Shown piece after piece: positions 1-13,110 of a stretch of 64,000 bases of DNA (position 1 is its first letter; every line of letters begins with the position of its first letter). Both the position numbers and the translations under genes were made by a program. The notes under the pieces were generated by a model. The model did not search any database, had not been told where the DNA came from, and worked only from the letters and a program-made list of their open reading frames with translations. The DNA is from Camelus dromedarius (lineage: Eukaryota): contig NC_087437.1 of assembly GCF_036321535.1 (NCBI RefSeq), positions 115,508,001-115,572,000 on the forward strand, read 5' to 3'.

Positions 1-913
1 GTTCAGTGGGCAGAACCGCCCTATTGGGAGTGGGGGTGGGTTCCAAATTGCTGGACAGAGCCCAGAGGGTCGAATCTGAGCCAGCTCTGTTCCCTTTAAG
101 TGTGTGGTCTTCTCCCTCCCAACACTGGCACCCTTGCCCCAAAGGGGAGCAGAATTGGAAAAAGAGGGGCTGGTTTGGGTGCTTGGCATGCATCTGGGTG
201 TGGACTGGGGCGGCCCCTGGACGCAGTCAGCATCCTGTACTGCCTTTGATGCACTGCCTCCGTAAGCACTAGCAATGGCTGCCCCGACCCTGCTCGGATT
301 CCCCTCTGGGTCTGAGTCATCTTTGTCCCTCACAACTGAGCTCTCCCCTCAGCTAGGGCAGCCTTAGCCCCCATGTGGAGCTGCATCATGAAGCAAGCAG
401 GAACCAGAGCAGACACTCTTCTCAGGCTGGGACATGTGCTGGGGTGATCAAGGGAAACCAGCTAGTGCCCTGTGTAGTTTCAAGCTGCCGTCTCCACCCT
501 ATTTCAGGAATAAGCAATTATGTGTGAATTCCTCACAAGCAGGGTTCAGGTTCCCCACAGCCCTCTTTTTAGTCCCACTGGCTTTCCAACACACCAAAGG
601 GATTCATATTTCTGGTGTTGGATCCCATGGCTGGGGTGGCCAATATGTAGCTCAAACTGCTCACTTTCCAGGGAGGATCTCTGCCCATGCAATCTCCCTC
701 CTCTTCTGAATCCCCTCCAAAAGACACAGGTCCCATCGTGATCTCTCCTCTTCACTTCCTGTCCAATTCCATGTGGGTCTTTCTTACAACCTTGTTTGTA
801 TGAGTTTTTCTGCCAGTCTCTGGTTAGTTTTCAGTGAGAATTGATCCACACAGAGTATTTTTGATGTGTTCATGGGGGGAGCTAGGTTCTGCATCCTCCT
901 ATTCTGCCATCTT
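1..913 (-). mobile_element. LINE-1 5'UTR (5' end of an L1 running off the left edge of the window)
   Basis: The minus strand begins AAGATGGCAGAATAGGAGGATGCAGAACC...AACACATCAAAAATAC...CTCACTGAAAACTAACC, a typical eutherian L1 5' terminus with a YY1 motif (906-913). Confidence 0.65.
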
Positions 914-1330
914 TTTTCTTTTTTTTGAGTTTTAATTTGCACATAATGAAGTACACAAACCTTAAGAGTACAGCTCAATGAATTGATGTATAAATGTGTG
1001 TATTATATACATGGTATATGCTATTAATAAAAAATATCATTATATATTATGTATTAAGTGTTCACATGTATAATGAATTTTAAAATGTATGCAATTGTGT
1101 AGGATAAATTATTTTATTGTGTATAATAAATTATATATACTATAGGAAAATAAATTATATATATCTTATAAAACTTACATACATTTATAACTTATATATA
1201 TGCACATAACCAGCACAATCAAAATATATAACATTTCCAGCATACTATCAGGCTTCTATGTGCCCCACTCCCAGCCACCTTTCTCTACAGAAGTAATCAC
1301 TCTTATCACCTCTATCATAATATTTCATTT
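914..1330 (-). mobile_element. Old L1 (L1MC/ME-like) 3' end with internal AT-rich low-complexity tract
   Basis: Poly-T, then ...gcacataatgaagtacacaaaccttaagagtacagctcaatgaatt and aacatttccagcat...cccactcccag; AT-rich tract at ~985-1200. Confidence 0.55.
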
Positions 1331-1399
1331 TTCTTCTCTATTAACTTTTAAGTTAGAGATTCCTGTATAATTTTCAGTGAGAAAGAGCACATTATGCAT

Positions 1400-2550
1400 C
1401 CTTAAATTACTATGGTCTACTTTGAATTAGTACTTTTACCACTTAAAAATCATGCAAGAAGCTTAACAACAGCTCACTGCATTCTACACCTGCCCTTTGT
1501 GTCATTGTTGTCATGTATTGTACTCCTGTGCCTGTTGTAAAACACCCAAGACAGGATTATTACTGGATTCGTCCTTCATATTTTCCCTTCTTCGTCCTTT
1601 TCGGTATTCTGCAATGTTCCTGGTAGTTCTAGTCTCCTTTCAGTGATCATTTTCCTTCAGTTTCAAGAAGTTCCAATGGTATTTCATTGAGAACAGATCT
1701 GATGGTAACATAGTCTCAGTTTTTATTTGTCTGAAAATGACTTTATTTTGCTCTCACTTCTGGAGGGTATGTTCACTAGGTATAGAATCCTAGGCTTTTT
1801 CTTCTTTTAGCACTTTTTTCTTCTTTTAGCACTCTAAAGATGCAGTTCCATTATTTTATTGCTTCCATAGTTTTGTTGAAAAATCAGCTGGAAGTCTGAT
1901 TGCAGCTTCTTAAAGCTATGTGGTTGGTTTGCTTGTTTTTTGCGTTTTTGTTTTTGTTTTACTCTTACTGCTTTTTTCCATTTGTCTTTGGTTTTCAGCA
2001 GATTGGCTATAATGTGAATTAATATGAATTTTTAGTATTTATTCCACTTGCAGTCTTCCTAGCTTCTTGAACTGATAGTTTAATGATTTTAATTTTCAAC
2101 CACCATCTCTTCAACTATGGCTTCTGTCCTATTCTCTTTCTCCTTTCCATCTGAGACTCTGGTTGTACATTTGTGAAACCTTTTTCTGTGTCTCATGAGT
2201 TTCTTTTGCTATTTCCAGTCTTCTGTTTAATTCTTCCCATAAGTTCTTAATTTTAGTCATATTTTCAGGCCAAGAAGATACATGTTTCTTTTTATAGATT
2301 TTATTATATAAATGAATTCTGAATTGAAATTCTCCATTTTTTCCCCTTCATTTTGTCCATTTTGTCCCCATTTACTTTTATATAGTATTCATAGTTAAAC
2401 TCCTTGTCTGCTAATTCCAATATCTGGATTATTTTTTGGTCTGCTTCTATTGTTTATTTATGTTTTTAATTGGTTATTAGTTATATAGTCTTGTCTCTTT
2501 GAAAATTTAATTTTTATTATATGCCACACATTGTATATAAAAGGATGTAG
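1400..2550 (-). mobile_element. Decayed old L1 ORF1 region
   Basis: Antisense L1M ORF1 motifs: ctcagtttttatttgtctgaaaatgactttattttgctctcacttctggagggtatgttcactaggtatagaatcctagg; gaaaaatcagctg. Confidence 0.6.
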
Positions 2551-3429
2551 AGTCTCCACATAATATTATCTTCCACCATACACTCCATTATACTTCCTAC
2601 ATGAAGTATATGGGGTGAGGAGCTAATCACCTCAATCCAGTTAGGAATCAATGTGGATTAGGTTGGGTTGCAGTTATAGTAAGTTTTTAGTAAGACTCAG
2701 TTCACCTCTGTTTATCACTATATATTAATAGTCCCCAACCTGACTTACAGTATTTCATTTGTCTCTTTATAATGACAGCATTAAATTTAAAATTTTGTTT
2801 TATATGTTGGGATCTCTTAGTTGGCATCTATTGAATTCTCTCACTGTCTTCTACCCAGCTTATGGACAATATAAGGGAAACAATGGGGGCCAAAATATTT
2901 CCTTTATTAGAGATAGAGGCCAAGCCAGAGAATAAGGCTTTAGGCTTGTTCAACAGGTTAGCTTATCAATCTTAAGTCTTAGGTTAGAGAGACTCTCTTA
3001 ACTGGTACCAGGTATTCTTGGACAGGATCATTCCTCCCTATATGAGGGTACTATTTAGGCATAAGGACAGAACAGAGAATGTTTGGTCCTTGTAAGCCAC
3101 TTCCTTTCAAGGAGAGAAGTAGGACAGAACTTTGCCAAACATACTCAGTTATGTTAAGTTTGCCAATCAAATTAATTGCTCTGTCTCTCTATTGGGAGGG
3201 GAAAAAAATCTCCCACTGTGGAAAACAGGACTGAGAAAAGGGTATTCTCGTTCTGACAACATGCACTGGACTGTGTCCATGTTGGGACCACAACACTAAA
3301 GCAGAATCACCATTCTCACTTGGGTAATACTCCCTTTCATGCATTCATTCCAGATTTAAGTTATAGAATATCTAAAATTTGTCATCTAAAGGTTATCTTA
3401 TTGCTGGCCCTCCATACATCCTCTTACAC

Positions 3430-3653
3430 CAAGGGTTGGTAAAATACAATCTACGGACTAAATCTGGTCTGATGCCGCTTTTTGTAAATAAAGTTTTTTT
3501 CTGGGACACAGCCACAGCCATTTGCTTATGTATTTTTTATGAGTGTTTTCACACTCCTATGGTGGAGTTGAGTTCTTGGGACAGCAAGTGTATGACCCTT
3601 AAAGCCTAAAATATTTCTTACCTGCTCCTCTATGGATAATTTTTTGACCCCTA
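3430..3653 (+). mobile_element. MER58A-like hAT-Charlie non-autonomous DNA transposon
   Basis: caagggttggtaaa...tttttgtaaataaagtttt...gacacagccacagccatt...aaagcctaaaatattt...tgacccct; ~220 bp with degenerate terminal inverted repeats (TIRs). Confidence 0.85.
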
Positions 3654-4384
3654 TCTTAGACCACAATTGGTTCTATACTAACTTTTTTCTCCTTCTTTCT
3701 GACATTTATTGAAAGAAAGAAGGTATAACTGGGTAAAAGACAGGCTACATTCTGCTCTATCTGTAACAAATGCCAATAGTTTAGTACCTCTGAAAAATTC
3801 TTAAGGTGGTTTCTTTCTGCCTTAAATAATGTGAATTTTGATCAGAAAAGCCAAGACATTCTATGGACCTGAAAGTTAGAAGGAAACAGGGCATAGACCG
3901 TCAACATTAGCCTTGGTTCCCTGCAAGCACAAAGTCAGGCAAGGTTATCTATCTATCAGTTCTCCACAGCAGCTAGCAGCCAACTGATTTCAACCAATAA
4001 GGTGACCTTAAGCTGATTCTCTCTAAAGCTTGATGGTCTCATTTCAGATAGGTGGGACAGGTGTTTATCCACACCTTAAAATTAACTTTTTAGATATCTC
4101 TCCATCGTGATAGGTTTGTCAGTTTGGCCAGGGGTTACCTTCTTGACTAGTTGGTAATCACTCTGCCTCATTAGGCTCATTTATTCTTGAATCAGGTACC
4201 ACACAAGTAGTAGGAGCTCTGCTCATTCAAATAAGATATTTCACCTTCTGTTAAGACCAGTTGCTGGTGTTAGTTGTTGGTTTGGCTATAGATTGGCATC
4301 CTCAAATGGTTGCTTCCCCAAGGTTTGTAGACCAGCATGAAAGTGAGATTGCTGAGAAAACAAATTCATGTTTTTTCATGTTAG

Positions 4385-4517
4385 TTTTTTTTGGGGGGGG
4401 TGTAATTAGATTATTTATTTATTATTAGTATTATTTTTTAATGGAGTTACCAGGGATTGAACCCAGGATCTTGTGCATGCTGAGCCCGCGCTCTACCACT
4501 GAGCTATACCCTCTCCC
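4385..4517 (-). mobile_element. tRNA-derived camelid SINE (Vic-1-like)
   Basis: Minus strand GGGAGAGGGTATAGCTCAGTGGTAGAGCGC...CCTGGGTTCAATCCCTGG (Pol III A and B boxes), then an AT-rich/C-run/A tail. Imperfect TSD atgttttttcatgtta (4368-4383) vs atgttttacatgtta (4518-4532). Confidence 0.88.
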
Positions 4518-4749
4518 ATGTTTTACATGTTAAAGTAGCCGCATCTTATTTTTCAAATGTCCGTTCTTGTGTGGAGTGGGTGAGAGATGTCATCATGAAT
4601 GAAGCTGTCCCACAGACTGTAGGAGGAGCGAAGAGGCAAACTCCCATGTGACATAGGCTCTGGCACTTACCATGACTGGTGGTGGACACAATGGTGAGGA
4701 TGCCCAAGGTAGACTGAATAGATCAGTCAGTGTATTCATTACCTTTCTC

Positions 4750-6230
4750 ATACAGTGAACCATAAAGCAAGTCAAGTCTTAACAAATTTCAAAAGATTGA
4801 AATCACAGTGAGAATGTTCTCTAACTACCATGGAATTAAAGTTGAAATCAGTAACAAAAACTAACTAGTAATATGTAAATATTAAGCTAATATTATTCCT
4901 AAATAACCCATGTGTTAGAGAAAAAGCATAACGGATTAAAATATTTTGACTTGAAATAATAATTAAAATATAATCTATCAACATGGGTGGGATAGAGCCA
5001 GAGCAGCGCTTAACAAGGGAATTTATTGTTCTAATGCATAAACTAGAAGAAAAGTTGAAAGTTAATTACCTAACCTTCCACTTGAAAAAGCTAGAAGAAT
5101 AAGACCAAATTTAACCCCTCAAAAAAGTAGAGAAAAAGACATACTTTAAATAACAGTGGAAAACAATGAAGTGGAAAAACAGTCTTGCAATTGATAAGAA
5201 CCAACAAGACTATGAGCTGCTCTTTAGAAAAGATGAATAAAAATAATATGTTTATAAGACTGATAAGTACTGAGATATCACCACAGATCCTACAGATATA
5301 AAAAGGACAATACAAGGGAATTAAGAACAACTTTCTCATACAGTGTCAATAAATTTGACAAGTTAGATGAAACGGAGAAATTTTTTTGAAAAAAATCAAT
5401 TTATCAAAGGCTAATACAAGAAGGAGTATAATAACTGAATTTGCTCATACTTGTTGAAGAAATGGAGTCTGTTATTAAAAACAGTCCCTCTATAAAATCT
5501 TCGGTCCCAACTGACTTCACTGGTAAATTCTTTCAAAAATTTAATGGAGAAGTCATACTAATCTTTTATAACTCTTTCACAGGAAGAAGAAAAAGGGGAT
5601 ATTTCCTCATGCATTTTACGTGGACATCATAACTTTAATAGCCTAACCTGATTAAAAAAACATTATAAGGAAAGAGTTAAAGACCAATATTTCCGATGAA
5701 CACAAAAATCTTAAAGAAAGTATTCAGTATTATTAACAAAAATTTACTAGCAAAATAAAGAAGGTCAATCTCAACACATGCAGAAAAGTCACTTAGTGAA
5801 AATCAATACCTACTCATGGCAGAAACACCCAGTTAAGCAGGAACAGAAGGAAACTTCCTCCATTTGATAAGGGTATCTGCAAAAACTTATGGCTAATATA
5901 CAAAATTCTGACTTGTGAAATGCTGAATGCTTTTCCATCTAGGATCAGACCATACAAAAATGTTTGCTATCACCACTCATATTCAACATTATACTGGAGG
6001 TTCAAGTTTGTACAATAATGGGGGAAAGAAAAGCATACAGTTTGAAAATGAAGTAAAAGTATTATTAACAGATAAGATGGTTGTGTACACAGGAAATCCA
6101 AAGGGATTGACAATCTATTAAACTAACCAGTGAATTAAGCCAAACTGTGAGGTAAATGGTCAATATATAAAAATCAGTTCTTTCTACATGTTTGCCACAA
6201 ATTAACTGGAAAATGAAATGTGGGGTGAGA
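4750..6230 (+). mobile_element. Decayed L1 ORF2 fragment (end of endonuclease to RT region)
   Basis: A-rich strand with aacaaatttcaaaagattgaaatcac, ggaattaaagttgaaatcagtaac and gacttcactggtaaattctttcaaaaattt; ORF remnants such as PTDFTGKFFQKF; multiple stops and frameshifts. Confidence 0.8.
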
Positions 6231-7052
6231 AAACGATTTTGAAGAGCCCCTCCAACATTACTGAGCATAGTTCCTTGTCCTTACTCCTTGCTAAAGCCTG
6301 TGTTGATCACTGGTATAAGAAACCTGAAAGACACTCTGGAGGAAGTTTCTGTGTAAATTTGGAGCAGTCCTGTTGGTAATGTTATCATTGCAGACTGTTT
6401 TAGAAGGGGAGAGCTTTACACAGGAAGTACAGGCAACGCTGACCCGTGAGCAATGCACGTTATTACCTTCAGGGCATCCTCAAGTTAAACCAGATAATTA
6501 TTCGCAGGCTCACAAACCTCTGGGACAAGAAGTCATGGCTGTAAGCCAAGAAAGAAAAAAACTGGATATTTCCTTTATACCCATTCAGGAGACAAAAAGC
6601 AATTAGAGAGTAGATCGTTTAAGGAAAGGAAGATGGGGAAACACTGTCAACTCGGTACCCAGCCAGGTATTCAACATGATGTTAGTAAAATCATGCAATA
6701 AATATCGTTTCTTGCTTAACTCCAAAGTTTCAGGAACCAGCTCACTGAGTTTTGGGGAGTAAAGAATTTGAGAGATGAGTCAATCTACACCCCTACTTCT
6801 GTCCTTCTCAAGGATTTAAAAATGGCAGCCTAGAAGGGCTATGAGATTTGCCTCAAGTTGACCCACTTAACTGCAGAGTGGGAGGAGACAGGCCACCTGA
6901 TGCCTCGTTCAGGGCTCTCCCCACCTCTTCTGCCTTCCTTCTGTTAGGTCTCGAGAGAGAAAATACAAAATGTTTGCAGCAATTTGAAGGAAATAACACC
7001 AGCAATAAAGGCAGCCTGCTACCGCCAACAGTCTTGAACCTGGAGATTCCCC

Positions 7053-7596
7053 TGTAGGGGAGGAGGGGCTTTCCCTACATCTTCCTAGGTTTAATAGCTG
7101 GGTCTTTGAAATAAACTGACAACAGGCAGATTGAGAGCAGAAAAGGGGTACACATTTATTCATTTTTAATATTACCCACAGGGTATCATAGGGAAAAAGC
7201 GAATATTCAGTAAAATTTGAGCACTTATGTGTCTCCTTAGTAGGGGAAAGGATGGGGGATGTAGCTACCCTAGGGGAAAGCAAATGATTTTCAGAAAAGC
7301 TGAAGGAGCCCAGAGAGGAACAGATGGGGGATGTGATAGTTTGTGAGAAAGTTTGGGTGTGATGCTGACTTCTAGTCTTTTCTGCTGGCATAAGGGTCAA
7401 TCTTCCCTGTTGATGGCACTCCTGGAGAGGGGATTTATGACATTTGAGTTTCTTTTGGAGGATCTGACTTTAGGCAGATAAGGGGAGTTCAGAGAAGGCT
7501 CCTCCATGCATTTGCTGTTTTTCCAGTGGCTTCAGCTCAAAATAATCAATAAGACAAAGCAGCATATTTTGGGTTGGCATGTCCTGAAGTCCTTCA
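7053..7596 (-). mobile_element. ERV1-class solo LTR (MER34/MER39-like)
   Basis: 544 bp bounded by TG...CA; minus strand starts TGAAGGACTTCAGGACATGCCAACCCAAAATATGCTGCTTTG...ATTATTTTGAGCTGAAG; minus-strand AATAAA at 7155-7160; no clear TSD. Confidence 0.75.
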
Positions 7597-9989
7597 TGGG
7601 AAACAATCTTTACATAAACTTTTTCTTCCTCCTCTGATCCTCATGTCCACTCACTGGCAGTCATTCCATGTCACAAGATTAAAGCTGGAACCCAAAGATG
7701 AACCCAAAAGGGTATAAAGGCTGGCAAGCTTCAGACCACAGGTCCGGGATTCTCCAGAGAAGGTTCATCTACTGCTTCGTTTCTTCCCCAGAACTGATCA
7801 TGTTATAGTTTACTTCTCTCTGCTGGTCTTCTACGCTGGTCTTAGACTCCATCAGGACTGGAACCCAACCTGATTCATTTTTATATCTCCAGCAGTCATC
7901 AGGCTGTCTGCGCAGAACACACACTTACATTTTAATGAGAAGGGAGGATGTGAGACTAGTTTTCGAGAACTTAGGGAAATAAAGAGGGAAATAAATACTT
8001 GCTGGATAACTGCTAGGCTCCTTGTATTCTGGGCTTACTGCTTCATGGTCATTTCTGAAGTAAGTGAGAAGAAGCCTATTTTATGATATTCCAAAGATTT
8101 AGAACCTGGGACATTTGGTTAAAAATTGTAAGGACATAGGTCAATTTTTTTGCTGTTTACCAGTACTTGTAGAAAATTTGAAAAAGTCAAAAAAATAATA
8201 AGTATCACCTATATTATTGTACCACCCAGTGATTAATATTATAAACATTTATTTTAATACATATGCTTTTTATTACAAAATCTACTGATTTATTTATTTA
8301 TTCCTTTATTATGTGTTCTATTTTGACATGATTTGCTACAATTTTTAGTCGAGCCTCCACTGCTGGACTTTTAGGTTGTTTCCAGCATTTCAACTTAAGG
8401 ATGTCTTGCAAAGGAGTCCCACGAAGGATGGCGGGTTAGCTTGGGCAAATGTTAACAGGAAAGGAGGCATTTAGTGTGCGATAGACTAGATTCAGGTGGG
8501 AAAATCACAGCTTTTTTCCAATCTTTGAAGGCCAGCATTTGGAAGAGGAGTGAGACTTGCTTTGTGTGGTCCCAAAAGGGAAGATTTCGAAAGAGTGGGT
8601 GGGAACCGTGGGGTGATCAGTTCATGGTGTGTAAAGTTAGTTCATGGTGTGGCGAAGGCAGGTCTGGGCAGCTTCAGGAGGTAGTGAATTTCCAGCTCAT
8701 GAAGATGTTTAAATTTGGCTAAAAATCACTTACATTTACAGTAGAAAGATCCCGAGAGTTTGGAGAACATGGAAGAAATAATTTGTATATTTATTTATTT
8801 TGGAAGGGGAGGGGTCTTGGGAAAGGCTTCAAAAGCAAACATTTGGAGGCCATTCTCTTGTTATTTATTATTATTTATATCAGGGCCCTCTATTTCTCTA
8901 ATGATTAACAGTTCATAAAGTATTAGAAAGAATCCCCTTTTACAAGACAACAGATTCAGAAAGGTTCAGTAAGCCACCCTAGTTCCTGTGGCTGGGGGTC
9001 GTTGAGCTAGGCTAAAGGCCCACATTCTCAGTCCCAACAACCACTGTTTTTTCCAGTTGCTATTATTACCCCATTAAGGTCACCAGTCCCTTCTTGAAAG
9101 TTCAGACTCACAGGACTTTGTCTATGCCCTGCTTCACTGCAGGAAAGTGAAAGTGTCCCCAGTGACTCATGTGAACAGAATGTCACTGCGCAGCTAACAG
9201 GTAAGGTCTCCTGTGTGACCTTTCCAAGTCGTACCAGTGACTTCATGATTAGGGTTTTGACATGTGAGGGCGGGGCTCCTTCCCACTCTAGCATCCTATG
9301 ATCCTATGATGTCTCAGGTGTCTTCTGCTCAGGACAGGGCCCCCTTTCCTGGTGGTGTGAATTAATTCACCTGCCAAATCAGCCCTCTGGCTTATCTGTA
9401 CCTCCGACCCTGCCGACTCAGAACCCCTGAGCACTGGGCTTTGAGCCTCCACTCTGTCTAGCTGGAAAGCTCGTAGCCCAGGAATTGATTCCTGTTTCTA
9501 GCGTCCACCCTGAATCCTTGCCTTCTCCTTAGTTTTTTTGTGGGGAGGGGAGGCTAGGCAATCTAGAAGGAAATATCAGGTTCCCTTTTGGCTGCAGGAG
9601 GTGCTTAGCATCCTCTCTGGGTGACCTACTCCCAGCTGCACTTCCGGGGGCCCCTTCCCAACCAAGCCTTCCTACCAAAGCAAGTCAGAGGGTCCCATGA
9701 TAGTGCCCCACCCCCCGATAAGCACCCTCATTCAATGGTCCAGGAATCCCTTCCTCTGGGTTTATAACTCTCCCCTTCAGGCTCCTTCCCAATCTGCAGG
9801 AAGCCTGTGTCCACCGTGGGAGGGAGGGGAAGGCCGGAAGCAGATGGCCACCCCCTTTGGAGCCCAGAAGGAAGCGTGTTCCTCTTGCTTTTAACTGTTT
9901 CCTAGTTTTAGCTGCCTGCCTATTGGGGCCAGCTCTTGCTGTTTTGCAATTCTACGATGGCGCCCTTCTTAGAAAAATATTGATTTGGT

Positions 9990-10375
9990 TCCCAGTATAT
10001 GCCAAGCATGGGGGTAAAAAAAGCCAAGTGTGTTAGGTCTCTGCCCTTGAAGAGCCTCCTTTCCTCCTGGCAGATGGAAAAGGAAACCGACAATGAAAAT
10101 GCAGGAAAAGAAATGCCTCGATAAGGGAAACGGAACGGGGCCCTCCAGGGGAGAGAACAGTGTTCTCGGGGCCTCGAGCAGGGAAGCCCCCACCAAGAAA
10201 GCCTGAGGCATTAGATCATGAAAGGATGGGGTGACAGACTGAGGAGTAGGTCTGTCATCCCCAAAGCCATGAGAGCCCTTGAGGTGTTCAGCAGGCAATG
10301 ACATGATACTGAATTTGAGAAAGAGTCCTCTACAGTCCTGAGGAGGTGGGTGTAGGAGAACGGAGACCTGAGGCT
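9990..10375 (-). mobile_element. L2 fragment
   Basis: tatatgccaagcatggg...gtctctgcccttgaagagc and gagagcccttgaggtgttcagcaggcaatgacatgat resemble antisense L2. Confidence 0.45.
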
Positions 10376-11764
10376 GAGACGGGGCGTTGACTCTTTATTT
10401 CATTCTTTTCTATTCTGTTTGGATTTTTCGAACCATATGCTTGAATTGTTTTTACTTTTAAAATAAACAGTCATGCTCATGGGATTAGTTGTCCCTTTTG
10501 TCTTATTCTTTACATTCTGTATGTTATAGATTTAAAAAGGAAACATAAGAAATAATTTTTGCTTTTAAAATTCTGGAAGTGCATTCAGACATGAGAATGG
10601 GCAGGGATGTACGCTGTCCTTCATAAATGGTTTGGCTGTTTGCCTCTGCCCTTAAGCTGCGAACAGTACAAGCAGGTAGAAGGCTATTATATTTATACCT
10701 GTGATATAGAAGCTAAAAGACTCAGCCACAGAAAGTTCTTGCCTACCTCTGTCCAGTGAGAATGCCTATAATCTATAGGTTCTCAAACTGCAAATACCAG
10801 GGGTGTGCTGCAGACGGTGAGGGGACACTGGTTTGAGAAACACTGCTGAAACAGAACTAGCTCCGTGGTAATCACTAACATTAATGAATCTCTTCAGTGG
10901 AATTTTCTTCTTCCAGCTTTTCTGACTGCAACAATCTTTCCTCTGGTGCTCGAGAAATTCTATCCATTTTGAGATTGGAGGAGAATATTTCCTGCTTCTA
11001 TACAAACCACTAAGTTGCCCCTAAAGTTTTATAATTGCCAAAAACTTCACATAGGATGGAGGAAAATAGGAAGAACATAGCAGGAGATCATCATTCATTT
11101 AGAAATACAGAACAGGACAGTATTTATGGTGAGCCAGAAATGGTACCAGTGATACAAAGATGAACCTATAGGATCCTTGCCCTAAAAGCACTTCTAGTTT
11201 AGAAACAGGAATGCAAATACAATATTATAAAGTAGTATCACTGCTACCACATAGCTTTAGAATTGAATTGAAGCTTTGAATTGAAACAAACATAGGAAAA
11301 ATGATGAAGACAGTAGCAGTAAATACACATATCAGAAAATAATGTAGAAATATTAAATGATGTGCACTACATACCTATATTAAAATGCCAAGAAAATAGC
11401 CAAAATTCTCAAAAATTATTGAGTTAACAAACCATTGAAGTAACTGACCTTTGTAGATTTCTGTGCTTCCCACATAATTTTCAATTCCATGTACTTAATT
11501 GTTTTTCACAGTTTCATTAGGGCATTTTTCTTCAACCTGTTAATTTCGAGGGAGCTATTATATATGTATGAATCAATATATTACAGTGTATTTCTTTTCA
11601 AGTCTTGCCAAAATGTTGCACAATACTGTTTCACAATATCTCCAAATAGTGCGAATATACAATTTAAGGCACAATCTCACATTTTCTACTCAACCTTTAT
11701 TTTTTTTAATTAATTAATTTTTTTGGAAATGGTTTCTGTACTTTGGATACTCCAACTTGCTTAT

Positions 11765-12158
11765 TTCTTTTCTTTTTTTTCATTCATTTTCATATTCCTT
11801 TTTCATTATAGGTTACTACAAGATATTGAATATAGTTCCTTGTGCTATGCAGAAGAAACTTGTTCATCTATTTCATACATAGTAGTTAGTACCTGCAAAT
11901 TTCCAACTCCCAGTTTATCCCTTCCCACCCCCTCCCCTTCCCCGGTAACTGTAAGTTTGTTTTCTATGCCTATGAGTCTGTTTCTGTTTTGTAAATAAGT
12001 TCATTTGTCTTTTTTGGTAAGATTCCACGTATAAGTGATTTCTTATGGTATTTTTCTTTCTCTTTTCTGGCTTACTTCACTTAGAATGACATTCTCCAGG
12101 GCCATCTATGTTGCCGCAAATGGAATTATTCTATTATTTTTTATGGCTGAGTCATATT
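11765..12158 (-). mobile_element. 5'-truncated artiodactyl/camelid-type L1 3' end
   Basis: cattataggttactacaagatattgaatatagttccttgtgctat...gtctgtttctgttttgtaaataagttcatttg...cttacttcacttagaatgac...tatggctgagt; homologous to 51674-51850 in this window. Confidence 0.85.
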
Positions 12159-12714
12159 AAAGTTTTATCTTGATGTCACAGGAAAAGAAAATGCTAATGA
12201 TAGTTTTTAAGTCACACTGGTAAACATTCTTACATGTTAGCAAAGCAATGAATGTTGTATTGGCCTCCTTTTTAAAAATGGCACCATTAGAACCACTTCT
12301 TGACATAAACCAACCCTGTAGGCAAACTTACGATGCTAGGAGAATGGCAGCAGAGCACTTGGTCCGGGTGCCTGGTTCGGAGGAGGTAGGGAGGATGAGG
12401 GCAGTGAGGCTGAGAGTGGGGGCAAAGATCCACTTGAGGATGGCCACAGATGAACTGATTAGGGGTGGATGTCTGGTGTTGACATTGTACACTAGCCTAA
12501 CAACAGCACATGGCCTTCCAGTTTTCTTCCCTCCTTTCTTTCTCCTTCTCCTCCTCCCCCTCCTTCTTTTTCAGCAGTAATATAAAAAAAGAAAAAGAAA
12601 TCAATAAAAACATGACACCTCTTTCTCCCCAAAATGGACATGGGATACACACAAGCAGAGCACAGACAGCCGATAAACGTATATTAAAAAAAGAACACAG
12701 GAAATGGTTAAAGA

Positions 12715-13110
12715 AATGCAAATTAAAACAAGAGAGTGTGGTAGAGTGTCAGGAAAATTCTCTCTCACATACTACTTTCAGGACTGCAAATTGGTGAAAT
12801 CATTCATGAGGGATATTTTGGCAACGTGAATCAAGCTCTTTAAGGATACGTGCCCTTATCCGAAAGCAATAACTGGACAGGTATGTAAAATGTATACATG
12901 TGATGTTGATGCAGCTTTATTTGTAATAGCAAAAAAAAAAAAAAAAAAAAAAAAGAGGAAAACTTCCCTAAAAAAATAGAGGGGCAGTTCAATGAATTAT
13001 AGCCCATTCAACTGATGGAATACTTGTAGCTTTTAAAATAATTAACTAAATTTTGGTTGATTAACACAAAAATGTGTTCACAACATAACTGTAAGTAAAA
13101 AAAGGCAAAA
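12715..13110 (+). mobile_element. Old L1 (L1ME-like) ORF2 end / 3' region, contains A24 run (12931-12954)
   Basis: aaatgcaaattaaaacaa, gcagctttatttgtaatagcaaaa, gatggaatacttgtagc. Confidence 0.6.

Noticed and set aside
1796..1832. Short tandem duplications (also ~24546-24570, ~37324-37348, ~61811-61845)
   Set aside because: Two-copy slippage duplications with no spacers; not CRISPR-like or otherwise organised arrays
4445..4517. tRNA-like sequence with A and B boxes
   Set aside because: Has a SINE tail and a TSD and a second diverged copy at 59381-59498; it is a SINE, not a tRNA gene
6909..7400. 163-aa minus-strand ORF
   Set aside because: Lies mostly within a solo LTR and has no Gag/Pol/Env features
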